In this document: in pieces, positions 39,113 through 48,651 of the stretch
Layout of the letters: the number at the start of each line of letters is the position of its first letter
How positions within the stretch are numbered: the stretch's first letter is position 1
Source of the DNA: Alphaproteobacteria bacterium
GTDB lineage: Bacteria > Pseudomonadota > Alphaproteobacteria > SP197
Length of the DNA: 64,000 nt
Reading direction: 5' to 3'
Assembly: GCA_964291415.2 (NCBI GenBank)
Contig: OZ219917.1
Coordinates: 864,001-928,000 of the forward strand
Program-made: the position numbers and the translations under genes
Notes under the pieces: generated by a model
What the model was told of the DNA's origin: nothing
Seen by the model: the letters and a program-made list of their open reading frames with translations, nothing else
Databases searched by the model: none

Positions 39113-40723
39113 ATGAGCGTTCGTGACGGCCAACCCAAGGCGCCCTATGCCTGGTCGATGCCGGACTGGCCGTCCCCGGGACAGTCCACCGACGACGATG
39201 CCCTCGAGGTGTGGGGCTATACGGATCGCATGTCCTACGAGGCGGGTGACGTGATCAGGCTCCACGTCAGTGCGACGCGTGCCTTGTGGTCGCTGACGAT
39301 CTACCGCGATGGCGCATCGCCGCAGCGTGTCCTGCAACGCAAGGACCTGTCCGGCGCGCGTCACGCCGTTCCCGAGGATTCTTACGCCTCGGGCTGCGGT
39401 TGGCCCGTGGCTCTCACCATCCCTGTCGACGAGGACTGGCCGTCGGGTCTCTACATTGTTGTCCTTGGTATCGGTGACGGTTCGGACCACTTCGAGTCCG
39501 ATGCCTTCTTTGTCGTGCGCAGACCGGCCCGGCAACGGCGGAAGATCGGCTTCATGCTGACGACGAGCACCCTGATTGCCTACAACGACTGGGGAGGCGC
39601 CAATCACTATCGCGGCCTCGGGAACGATCCGCGTGACGACGTCGCTTCGCCGGTGCTGTCGACACAGCGTCCCGTGGGCCGCGGTTTTCTCCGCAAGCCG
39701 GCTGAGGCGCCGCGCGAATCCCATGCCTTCTCGCCGCCGATCGGCTGGCAGCCCCGCTATCCCTCCTACGAGTGGGCGCGTCTCTACGACATGAGCCGAC
39801 ATCATGCCGATGCCTTCTGGGCAACATACGAGAGGCTGTTTGCCGTGTGGGCGGAGAACCGGGGCTATGAACTCGACTATCTCACGCAGCACGACCTTCA
39901 CTTCGACGAGAGCAGCCTCGATGGCTTTGATGCGCTGGTGATCGTCGGACACGACGAGTACTGGACCTGGGAAATGCGCGACCGGGTGGACGACTTCGTC
40001 GATCGCGGTGGTGGTCTCGCCCGCTTCGCCGGGAACTTCTACTGGCAGGTGCGGCTGTCCCAAGACGGCACCACGCAGTACTGCTATCGGGTTCCCGGTG
40101 CCGATCCCGCCACGTCCACCACGCCGCACCTCGTGACCACCGCATGGGACTGCACCCTGACCGGACGCCCGGCGGCGGCGACGATGGGGTTGACGGGCAT
40201 GGCCGGGACCTACAATCGCTACGGGGTGGCGGCGCCCCGCTCCTCGGGAGGCTATACGGTCTACCGGCCGCGGCACTGGGCCTTCGCCGGCACCGATCTC
40301 TACTACGGCGATCTCCTGGGCGGTACGCCTGTCAATCTCGCGACCTTCGAACTCGACGCGGTGGAGTACACCTTCCGCCGAGGGCTGCCTTTCCCGACGT
40401 TCGAGGATAGCGCCCCGGAATCCCTGGAAATCCTCGCCCTGGCGCCGGCGGTGCGCGGCGAAGAGGACCGATTCGGGGGCACTGTCCCGCTCAACGGCCC
40501 GTTGCGCGAGGCCGAGCAGGTCATGGAGGCGCTGGGAGACCTCCTGCCGCCCCACTGCCGCGAAAACGAGGGGCGTGGCGCCGGCATGATCGCCGCCTTC
40601 ACCCGAGGCAAGGGAGAGGTGTTCAACGGTGGTTCGACGGAATGGCCGCGGGCGCTGGAGTTGCGCGATCCCTTCGTCGAACGCATCGTCGCCAACGTTC
40701 TCGACCGGTTCACCGCGTCGTGA
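39113..40723 (+). CDS. N,N-dimethylformamidase beta-subunit family protein
   Basis: GCGWP, WPSGLY, AYNDWGG, VGHDEYW, AGNFYWQVR, GEVFNGGSTEW. Confidence 0.78.
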   Translation: MSVRDGQPKAPYAWSMPDWPSPGQSTDDDALEVWGYTDRMSYEAGDVIRLHVSATRALWSLTIYRDGASPQRVLQRKDLSGARHAVPEDSYASGCGWPVALTIPVDEDWPSGLYIVVLGIGDGSDHFESDAFFVVRRPARQRRKIGFMLTTSTLIAYNDWGGANHYRGLGNDPRDDVASPVLSTQRPVGRGFLRKPAEAPRESHAFSPPIGWQPRYPSYEWARLYDMSRHHADAFWATYERLFAVWAENRGYELDYLTQHDLHFDESSLDGFDALVIVGHDEYWTWEMRDRVDDFVDRGGGLARFAGNFYWQVRLSQDGTTQYCYRVPGADPATSTTPHLVTTAWDCTLTGRPAAATMGLTGMAGTYNRYGVAAPRSSGGYTVYRPRHWAFAGTDLYYGDLLGGTPVNLATFELDAVEYTFRRGLPFPTFEDSAPESLEILALAPAVRGEEDRFGGTVPLNGPLREAEQVMEALGDLLPPHCRENEGRGAGMIAAFTRGKGEVFNGGSTEWPRALELRDPFVERIVANVLDRFTAS

Positions 40724-41030
40724 CTCCACGTCCGGATCGACCCGGGACCGCAATTGCATCGCAATTGGGATCAGGCCAGCACATCCGGAATCTTCTCCGG
40801 CCTTCGATCCCGTAGCCATGCCGTCCGGTTCATCAAGGCGCCTCCTCACCGGAACACCCAACCGGACGACTCGTGTGCTACCTGACGGAACAGATCATGT
40901 GTCAGCGACAGTGTTGTCTAATCTGCGGTGATAGTGAATGATACCTGCTACGATAACAGAACGAGGGGGGGAGACGCCGCCCCGCAAGTCGGGTTCCCCC
41001 AAACCACACAGATGGCAAGGAGGACAGATC

Positions 41031-42314
41031 ATGACTTTTGGCTCTATTGACAGACGCAGGTTCATGGGCTCGACGGCGCTCGCTGGCGCCGCTGCGGCCA
41101 CTGCCGTGAATCCGGGGAAACTGCGCGCCGAGGAGACGGTCCGCGTCGGATTTCTCGCGCCGCTGACCGGTGGTGTTGCAGCCTGGGGGCTGCCCGGCCT
41201 CTACGGATGCGAAATCTGGGCAGAACAGAAGAACGCCGCCGGCGGTGTCGACATCGGCGGGACATCCTACAACGTCGAAATCGTCTCGTACGACAACGAG
41301 TATCTTCCGGACAAGGCGCGCACCGGCGCCCAGAAGCTGATCAACGAAGACGGCGTCTCGTTCATCGAGATGCTCGGCGGCGACACCATGCCAGCCGTGA
41401 CTCCGATCGCCAATCGTGCCGAGATGCTTGTCTCGACGCTTCTTCCCTCGGATCTCTCTCCGGACACGCCCTTCCTGGTCGCGCCCGCGGAAGTCCATCC
41501 GATCTACAACCTCACGGGTGTCTGGTGGATGGCCGAGAACATGCCGGAGGCGAAAACGGCCGTGATCTGCGCCCAGGACGACGCTCTCGGGCGGCCCTCC
41601 GTGGCAACCTACCTCGCGGCGTTCGAAGCCCATGGCATCGAGGTCAAGGACACCATCTTCTTTGACATCGCAACGACGGACTTCGCGCCCGTCATGACCG
41701 CGATGCTGGCACACAAGCCCGATATCCTGTGCCTCGACACGGCCTATGCGGAGTTCGTCAACGAGCTCTGCAAGCAGGCGTTCGTGCAGAACTATGGTGG
41801 CCAGATCATCTCCTGCACGGCGGACTTCTATGCCGACATCATCGCCAACACTTCCGAGGAATTCATGGAGGGGGTGATCTTCCAGTTCCCCGACTTCGAC
41901 GATCCGGCGCTGAACAGCGAGGGCATCAACTTCAACGATCCCAACGGCTTCTTCCAGGTCTATAACGAGCGCCATCCCGGCCAGTGGGGTGCGGTGTCCT
42001 GGGAGTACGCGTCGATCCTCGACTTGTGGCTGGACGGCGCCCAGAAAGCGGGTTCCATCGAACCGGCAGCGGTGCTCGACGGCATGAAGCAGGGCGGCAC
42101 GGGCGCCCACGCCTTCGGCGAAGCCAACTGGTGGGGCGAGGAACTCTTCGGAATCGACAATGCGCTGGTGGGCAACTGGCCCGTGGTGCAGATCCAGAAC
42201 GGAAAGGCCGTGATCGTCGAGTTCAAGAACATCCCCGAGTGGTGGGGAGAACACAGCGCGACCATGATCAAGCACTTCGAAGCGATGGGCGAAATGTGGT
42301 ACCAGCGCGCCTGA
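41031..42314 (+). CDS. Branched-chain-type (HAAT) ABC solute-binding protein with Tat signal
   Basis: DRRRFM leader, VGFLAPLTG..AAWG, YDNEY. AGGAGG RBS. Confidence 0.9.
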   Translation: MTFGSIDRRRFMGSTALAGAAAATAVNPGKLRAEETVRVGFLAPLTGGVAAWGLPGLYGCEIWAEQKNAAGGVDIGGTSYNVEIVSYDNEYLPDKARTGAQKLINEDGVSFIEMLGGDTMPAVTPIANRAEMLVSTLLPSDLSPDTPFLVAPAEVHPIYNLTGVWWMAENMPEAKTAVICAQDDALGRPSVATYLAAFEAHGIEVKDTIFFDIATTDFAPVMTAMLAHKPDILCLDTAYAEFVNELCKQAFVQNYGGQIISCTADFYADIIANTSEEFMEGVIFQFPDFDDPALNSEGINFNDPNGFFQVYNERHPGQWGAVSWEYASILDLWLDGAQKAGSIEPAAVLDGMKQGGTGAHAFGEANWWGEELFGIDNALVGNWPVVQIQNGKAVIVEFKNIPEWWGEHSATMIKHFEAMGEMWYQRA

Positions 42315-42353
42315 TCACTTTCCTCGCCGGCCCGCGCGGCACGGCGGCACGCA

Positions 42354-42386
42354 ATACCGGGGCCGGCCTCGTGCCGGGCCCGGTAT
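42354..42386 (+). other. Intergenic stem-loop after the binding-protein gene (mRNA stabiliser or partial terminator)
   Basis: ATACCGGGGCCGGC-ctcgt-GCCGGGCCCGGTAT near-perfect hairpin. Confidence 0.55.
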
Positions 42387-42412
42387 CGTCTTTCCGGACA
42401 TTCCGTTAGCCC

Positions 42413-43291
42413 ATGGACTTCGGTGTCTTCCTGCAGACCTGCCTGAACGCGACCTATGCTTCGAGCTATCTGGCGCTGGTTGCGGTCGGTCTCGTCCTCA
42501 TCTTCGGTGTCATGCGGGTCGTGAACTTTGCCCACGGCGAACTCTACATGGCCGGCGCCTATTGCCTGTTCTGGGTGTTCTACCAGAACGAACTGCCATT
42601 CTTCGCGGGCGTTGCGGTCGCCGTTCTCGCTGTGGCCGTGGTCGGACTCCTCCTGGAGAGAACGATGTTCCGGCCCATGAAGGACAATCCGCTGGGAGGT
42701 CTCATCTGCTCGATCGGCGCCCTGCTGGTCCTGCAGGCCGGAGCCGTTGCGCTCTTCGGCGTCCGCAAGAAGTCGTTTGCCGGTCCCTACAATGAAGCCG
42801 TGACGCTGTTCGGGATCGATGCCCTGACCATTTCCGGCCAGCGTCTTGTCGTCATTGCCTTTGCCGTCATTCTCCTTGGCGCGTTGTGGATCTTCCTGCG
42901 CAGGAGCCGGTTCGGCTGGGCGTTGCGGGCCGTGGCGCAGGATTCGGAGGCGGCCGCGCTGCAGGGCATATCGATCAGCCGCATCTCGATGCTCGCCATG
43001 ATTCTGGGCGCCGCGCTGGCGGGAGCCGCAGGGGCGCTGACCGCCACCATCGTGCCGACCGGCCCCTACATGGGACATCCGGTCATCATCGGGGCCTTCA
43101 TCGTCATCATCGTTGGGGGACTGGGCAGCCTCGAGGGTGCAGTCCTTGCATCCGTGCTCTATGCCTTCACCCATACCTTCGTCACCACGATCTTCGATGG
43201 CACGATTGCCGACATCACGGGCCTCGTGCTGATGCTCGTCGTGCTCGTCGTGCGGCCCCACGGCCTCCTCGGCAAGCCGGAGCGTGCCTGA
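42413..43291 (+). CDS. Branched-chain ABC permease, LivH-like
   Basis: GLVLIFGVMRVVNFAHGE, IVGGLGS. Confidence 0.92.
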   Translation: MDFGVFLQTCLNATYASSYLALVAVGLVLIFGVMRVVNFAHGELYMAGAYCLFWVFYQNELPFFAGVAVAVLAVAVVGLLLERTMFRPMKDNPLGGLICSIGALLVLQAGAVALFGVRKKSFAGPYNEAVTLFGIDALTISGQRLVVIAFAVILLGALWIFLRRSRFGWALRAVAQDSEAAALQGISISRISMLAMILGAALAGAAGALTATIVPTGPYMGHPVIIGAFIVIIVGGLGSLEGAVLASVLYAFTHTFVTTIFDGTIADITGLVLMLVVLVVRPHGLLGKPERA

Positions 43292-44355
43292 TGGGCGCCG
43301 TCACCTACGCGGTATGGCTGGCGCTCATTGCATTGTCGCTGACGGCGGCAGCCCTTGCCCTCGATCCGCACCTTGGCGGTCCGAACCGTCGCCGGTGGTG
43401 GCAGGGGCTGGCGGTCGCGTCGGCTGTCGTGCTGGCACTCTCGCCGCACGTCGTGACCTTTTCGCAACAGGAACTTCTGGTGTTCCTCACCATCAACACC
43501 CTGGTCGTGGTGAGCTACCGGCTGCTTGCGCTGACAGGCGAGTTCTCGCTCGGCCACGTGGTCATGATGGGGGTCGGGGCCTACGCATCGGCCCTGCTCA
43601 GCAAGCAGTTCGCCATTCCCGTTCCGCTTTCGATCATCCTCGCTGCCGGTCTCACGGGCCTCGTTGCCTTTGTCCTCGCCTTTCCGCTGTTTCGCATGAA
43701 GGGATTCTATTTCCTGATCGGGTCCTTTGCCGCAGGCGAAACCATAAGGCTGCTCTGGAAGGCCTTCATCGGGCCGAAGGGCATCTCCCGCATTCCCGGT
43801 GTCCCCGACATCGAGATCGGCGCCTACGAGATCAATTTCTGGGAACCGGTCGCCTCGTACTACCTGGTGCTCATGATCGCGGCCGTTTCCGTCTGGATCC
43901 TCTGGCGCATCGAGCATTCGCACATCGGCCTGACCTTTCATGCCGTCCACTGGCGTGATCAGCTCGCAGGCGCGGTGGGCGTCAACACCTGGCGAACGAG
44001 GACCCAGGCCCTGGTGCTGGCGTCGTTCTTCGCCGGTCTCGCCGGCGCGCTGCTGGCGCACTATCTCACCACCGTCAATCCCAACCGCTTTGCGGTCCAC
44101 GAGATGGTATTCGTGCTGATCTGGGTGATTGTCGGAGGCACGGCCACGATCTGGGGGCCCATCATCGGGCTCGTCACGCTGACCGCCATCAACGAGGTGC
44201 TGCTGCGCGATATCGGATACGACGAACTGCGCCCCCTCTTCTATGGCGTGCTCCTCGTTTTCGCCATGCTGTTTCTGCCGAACGGTCTCGAGACCCTGCC
44301 GGCGCGCGTCCTTCGGCGCTTCAGGCGCGCGAGGCCGCTGACATCCCAGGGTTGA
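43291..44355 (+). CDS. Branched-chain ABC permease, LivM-like
   Basis: GEFSLGH, GFYFLIGSFA, VGG...GPIIG, PNGL. ATG overlaps the livH stop. Confidence 0.9.
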   Translation: MGAVTYAVWLALIALSLTAAALALDPHLGGPNRRRWWQGLAVASAVVLALSPHVVTFSQQELLVFLTINTLVVVSYRLLALTGEFSLGHVVMMGVGAYASALLSKQFAIPVPLSIILAAGLTGLVAFVLAFPLFRMKGFYFLIGSFAAGETIRLLWKAFIGPKGISRIPGVPDIEIGAYEINFWEPVASYYLVLMIAAVSVWILWRIEHSHIGLTFHAVHWRDQLAGAVGVNTWRTRTQALVLASFFAGLAGALLAHYLTTVNPNRFAVHEMVFVLIWVIVGGTATIWGPIIGLVTLTAINEVLLRDIGYDELRPLFYGVLLVFAMLFLPNGLETLPARVLRRFRRARPLTSQG

Positions 44356-45040
44356 GGCGGCCCCGCCGCTCAGGCTCGAGCGTCAGCGGCACGAGGAGGG
44401 CCGCGGCGTAGAGGCGCGCTTCGTCGTCCCTCATCATCGGCGGGTGTTCGGCGAAGCGGTCGATCTCGCGGCCCGGAACGGATTCTCCCAGCCAGTGCGC
44501 CATGGCCGCGGCCGACGACTCGCGATGGCCGAAGGCATCGCGCCGGCACGCCAGGGCGGTCTCCATGGCCTGCCGGTCGCCACGCCGCGCGGCACGTTCG
44601 GCTTCGACAAGGGCCATGCCCGCCTGGAGCATCTTGCGGCATCGCTGGCGCACGATGGAGGGATAGACACCGCGATGCTTCGATTCGAGCCGCATGTGAA
44701 AGAGCGAACTGCGGGCACGAACGCCGGGCGCCATCCTCTCGACCCAGGGACCGGCGGTCCGCCATGCCTCGAGCGCGGCGGCAAGCCCCGCCTCCACGCC
44801 GTCCGGCCCCGGGATCATCAGGGCGTGCGCGTGCGCCGTTGCCGCCCGCCTCGGATCGTCCGGCTCGAAGCCTGAGGCCATCACGCCGGCCTGACGGCAG
44901 CACGCCGCCGCATGGACCTGATCGCCGTCGAGCCACGCAGCGCGGGCTCCCGCCATCCAGTCCACCCACAGTTCGTCCCCCAGGCGCCAGCCGGAGAGGC
45001 TCTCCCTAGCCTCCGAGGTAGGCACGGCGGACGTGTTCAT
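44321..45040 (-). CDS. Hypothetical helical protein co-transcribed with livF (start uncertain)
   Basis: Open frame overlapping the livF end; contains DPRRAA and RARSSLFHMRLE. Confidence 0.55.
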   Translation of the reverse strand: MNTSAVPTSEARESLSGWRLGDELWVDWMAGARAAWLDGDQVHAAACCRQAGVMASGFEPDDPRRAATAHAHALMIPGPDGVEAGLAAALEAWRTAGPWVERMAPGVRARSSLFHMRLESKHRGVYPSIVRQRCRKMLQAGMALVEAERAARRGDRQAMETALACRRDAFGHRESSAAAMAHWLGESVPGREIDRFAEHPPMMRDDEARLYAAALLVPLTLEPERRGRLNPGMSAASRA

Positions 45041-45716
45041 TCTCGCGCAGCACGTCGGTAGGCCCGGAGAGCGCGATGCGGCCGGTTTCAAGCACGTAGC
45101 CGTAGCTCGCCAGGTGAAGCGCGAGGCTGGCGTTCTGCTCGACGAGAACGACGGGAACGCCCTTGCGGTTGATTTCGCCGATGATCGTGGCGATTTCCTG
45201 CACCATCAGGGGCGACAGTCCGATCGAGGGCTCGTCCATCAGCAGCAGCCGTGGCGCCGCCATCAGGGCGCGCCCCATGGCCAGCATTTGCTGTTCGCCG
45301 CCCGACAGTGTCTTGGCGTACTGGCCACGCCTCTCGCGCAATCGCGGAAAATGGCCATACACCATGTCGAGGTCGGAACGGACCGACGGCCCGTCACGGC
45401 GCAGATAGGCGCCAGTCATGAGATTCTCCAGAACCGTCAGTTCCGGAAAGACGCGGCGGCCCTCGGGGACGTGGGCGATTCCACGAGCGACAATCCGGTC
45501 GGGCTCGAGTCCTTCAATTCTCTCGCCTTCGAAGAGGATCGTGCCCGTCGTGGGACGATTGAGCCCGGAGAGCGTGCGCAGGGTCGTCGACTTTCCCGCT
45601 CCGTTGGCGCCGATCAGGGTGATGATGTCGGCCGCCTCCAGCCGGATGTCGATCCCCTTGATGGCCTGGACCTTGCCATAGTGAACCTCAAGGTTCGTCA
45701 CCTCCAGGAGTGTCAC
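45006..45716 (-). CDS. Branched-chain ABC ATPase, LivF-like
   Basis: GANGAGKST, VPEGRRVF, LSGGEQQML, DEPSIGL, AYLGG. GTG start. Confidence 0.93.
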   Translation of the reverse strand: MTLLEVTNLEVHYGKVQAIKGIDIRLEAADIITLIGANGAGKSTTLRTLSGLNRPTTGTILFEGERIEGLEPDRIVARGIAHVPEGRRVFPELTVLENLMTGAYLRRDGPSVRSDLDMVYGHFPRLRERRGQYAKTLSGGEQQMLAMGRALMAAPRLLLMDEPSIGLSPLMVQEIATIIGEINRKGVPVVLVEQNASLALHLASYGYVLETGRIALSGPTDVLRENEHVRRAYLGG

Positions 45717-46492
45717 GCCACGCCCTCGATCGGGGTCCCGAGATAGGCATCGACAACCTCGGGATTGGTGCGGATCGCCTCGGGGTCCCCCTCGGCAAGC
45801 AGGCTGCCGAAATTGAGCACGGTGATGGTCTCGCACAGGCCCATGACCGCCTGCATATCGTGCTCGACGAGAAGAATGGTGACCCCACGGTCCCGCACCT
45901 GGCGCACGAGATCCATCATGCGTCGCGTCTCGTCCGGATTCATGCCCGTGAACGGCTCGTCGAGCAGGAGAAGTCGCGGTTCCGCGGCGAGGGCAACGCC
46001 GACGCCCAGGGTGCGCTGAAGCCCATGGGGGAGATTGGCGCATGACTCGCCAGCGACTCCGTCGAGCCCCATGAACGCGAGGATCTCCTCGACCCGGGCC
46101 TGGGCCTGCTCCTGGCGTTCCCGTTGCCGGCCAAGGAGGACGCTGGCGAGCCCGATCCTCGCACCGAGATGGCAGCCGGCGAGAACATTCTCGGCGACGG
46201 TGAGTTCGTGGAACAGGGTCGTCGCCTGGAACGTGCGAACGAGACCCAGCGCGGCGACCGCATGGGTCGCCATGCCCGAGATGTCACGCCCGGCGTAGAT
46301 CACGCGTCCGCTCGTCGGCCTGTAGAAGCCGGAGATCACGTTGAAGGTCGTCGTCTTGCCGGCGCCGTTCGGTCCGATGAGCCCGTGAATCGCACCCTCC
46401 TTCACGGTGAAGGTGAGGTCGTCGACCGCCGTCAGGCCGCCGAATCGCCGCGTCAGCCCCTCGATGCTCAACACGCCGGTTTGCTGTCCCAT
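45713..46492 (-). CDS. Branched-chain ABC ATPase, LivG-like
   Basis: FGGLTAV, GPNGAGKTT, LLDEP, VEHDM. Confidence 0.93.
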   Translation of the reverse strand: MGQQTGVLSIEGLTRRFGGLTAVDDLTFTVKEGAIHGLIGPNGAGKTTTFNVISGFYRPTSGRVIYAGRDISGMATHAVAALGLVRTFQATTLFHELTVAENVLAGCHLGARIGLASVLLGRQRERQEQAQARVEEILAFMGLDGVAGESCANLPHGLQRTLGVGVALAAEPRLLLLDEPFTGMNPDETRRMMDLVRQVRDRGVTILLVEHDMQAVMGLCETITVLNFGSLLAEGDPEAIRTNPEVVDAYLGTPIEGVA

Positions 46493-46858
46493 GGACCTCC
46501 GTTGCCGCGCAAGGAATGCAGACGATCTCGTCCGTTCGGCTTTCCAGTCATGTCAGCCAGCGGATCCTTGCAGTGTCCAAGAAAGGACTATCCCGCACGC
46601 CAACCACGCCATCAAGTGCGACAGTGCATTTGGTTCCGGCGCGGACCGCCGGATGTCGCGCGATGGGCACAGGCGCGTGCGAGTCGGAACCGGCCATGAC
46701 GTGATGGCTGGAATTCGACGGGTGAGGCCGGATCCGTGCGAACCCGCGCCATCGACTGGACTGCAGAATCTGCGAGCAGACGCAACCGAGTTCCCCCAGT
46801 GATTCCCGAGGGGGCGGGCACCCGCTCCGCCTACCAGGAACCGGCGATGGTCTGCTGA

Positions 46859-47593
46859 TCACGCATCGACAACGCCTCGGTCCAGCAAGTCCGGCAGATC
46901 TTCGACGCTGTCGATGATGACGTCGAAGAACTGCTCCTGATCCGGCGTCATCATGCCCCCGGTCCGCACGCCGACGGCTGCCCCGAAGCCGGCGGCACGG
47001 CTCATCAGGGCATCGACAATCGAATCGCCCACCATGAGAACACGTTCTGGAGGGATCCCGATTTCTTCACAAAACGCCAATCCCATGCCCGGGCCCGGCT
47101 TCCCTCCGTAGCCGGCATCGGCGCCACAGTGGAAGGCAAGTTCGTCGGCCAGACCGAGGTGATCGACCATCCGCTGTACCTTGCGCGTGCTGTCGTTCGT
47201 GGCCGCGCCCAGAATGTAACCCCTTCTGCGAAGTGAGCGCAGGAGTGCCCCCACATCGGTGACGGGAACGGGATCGCGCGTCGAGGCTTCGGCGAATACC
47301 CTCAGGATCATGGATTCGAGATCGGCTGGCGCCTTGTCGTCGAGAACGGTTTCCCACGCGTTGACGATATCGTGCACCGTGCCTGTGAGGAGCGTGGCGT
47401 TCGGATCGAACGTTGCCGTGGCACGATGATAGCCGGTCTTCCGCAGCAAGGCGTCGGCAAGGTCGGGTCGTCCGGCACGTGTCGCCACCTGGTGTGCAGC
47501 CCCTTCCCAGGCTGGAAGCCACATCGAGTCCAGTTCGATCAGCGTTCCGTCCTTGTCGAACAGGATGCCCCTGATGGCGCTCAGGTCGACCAT
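46859..47593 (-). CDS. HAD-superfamily hydrolase (phosphoglycolate phosphatase-like)
   Basis: FDKDGTL, TND, KPGP, VGDS. Confidence 0.88.
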   Translation of the reverse strand: MVDLSAIRGILFDKDGTLIELDSMWLPAWEGAAHQVATRAGRPDLADALLRKTGYHRATATFDPNATLLTGTVHDIVNAWETVLDDKAPADLESMILRVFAEASTRDPVPVTDVGALLRSLRRRGYILGAATNDSTRKVQRMVDHLGLADELAFHCGADAGYGGKPGPGMGLAFCEEIGIPPERVLMVGDSIVDALMSRAAGFGAAVGVRTGGMMTPDQEQFFDVIIDSVEDLPDLLDRGVVDA

Positions 47594-47738
47594 GCGAGCA
47601 GGCTTGTCGTCAGAGAGTTCACGCGGTCCCTGGAACGTTGCGACCGTGACGCGCGATTAGTCACCGGCGCAACGACACGGCCTCGTCCTGCACGCGCGCT
47701 GCCGCCTTCGATGAGGTTCGCCGTCTGGCGCATCCGGC

Positions 47739-48227
47739 TCATTGCCAGCCTGACCGCTGGCGCCGCACATGGTCATCGGCGGCCTCGTCGGCCCAGAGTC
47801 CCTTGCCCAGTCCGCGCAGAGCCAGGATGGGATCCACGGTGCCTGCGCTCGTCCGGGGCGCGTACACGGCACCATACCAGTCGAGGAGTTCGCCGTGGCA
47901 TGCCGGGATTTCGTGGCGCTTCGGCATGTGCATTCCTGTCGCCCTGCGGGGGTGGCACGGGTCCCCAGGACGAAACAGACGCCGATGGCCGGCCCGTGTC
48001 TCGAAGAGCATGCAATGGCGCTCAGGATCGGGAGGCCTGTTGGCAACGCAATGAAGACAGATATGGGCTCTGACCGAGGGCCGCACCGTCCCCTGACCGG
48101 TCACGCTGGCGGCTTCCGCCTGCTCCATGATCTCGTCGATGGTGAAGCCCTCTCGCTCAGGATGATCGCGGTGAAGGCTTGCGACCGCGATCCAGACTTC
48201 ATCGGCTACCCGGATGTTCTGCCGCAT
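47739..48227 (-). CDS. Hypothetical protein, antitoxin-like; partner toxin apparently lost
   Basis: VADEVWIA..LH, HCVAN, RRLFRPGD and an antitoxin-like C-terminus DPILALRGLGKGLWADEAADDHVRRQRSGW. An overlapping ATG (MSR...) follows but does not continue as a PIN domain. Confidence 0.55.
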   Translation of the reverse strand: MRQNIRVADEVWIAVASLHRDHPEREGFTIDEIMEQAEAASVTGQGTVRPSVRAHICLHCVANRPPDPERHCMLFETRAGHRRLFRPGDPCHPRRATGMHMPKRHEIPACHGELLDWYGAVYAPRTSAGTVDPILALRGLGKGLWADEAADDHVRRQRSGWQ

Positions 48228-48651
48228 GTCCGGAATCTCCTGCCTTGGCACTCGCAGTTCGGCTGTCCAAAGGGCGGTTGGAAGGGCTGTTGCGGAACCC
48301 ATGAGCCAAACAACCAGATTCGTCGCCCACTCACTCAAGGCTATCAGCATCCACGAGCCACGACAGCGAAATCGGTCACGCGGTCCGACCTCGCCGAAAC
48401 AGGCGCGTCAATCAACCACGATCGCGGTGCATGAGTTGAGCGGGCAATCGGTGCTTCCAGCCATCACCATCTGGTTCGGCGCCCAGGAGACTCATTCGGC
48501 ATCGCACGGTTCCATCGGGTACCTTATCCGGTGTTGTTCGTGGTGCTGGCCGTGAACCTGACGGTCTCTGACCTCTTGGCGGCATGGACATCAGCACCGG
48601 CAAACACATCAACAGCGTGCGCAGGACGCTCATAAAGCGAGCCGTCGATGA

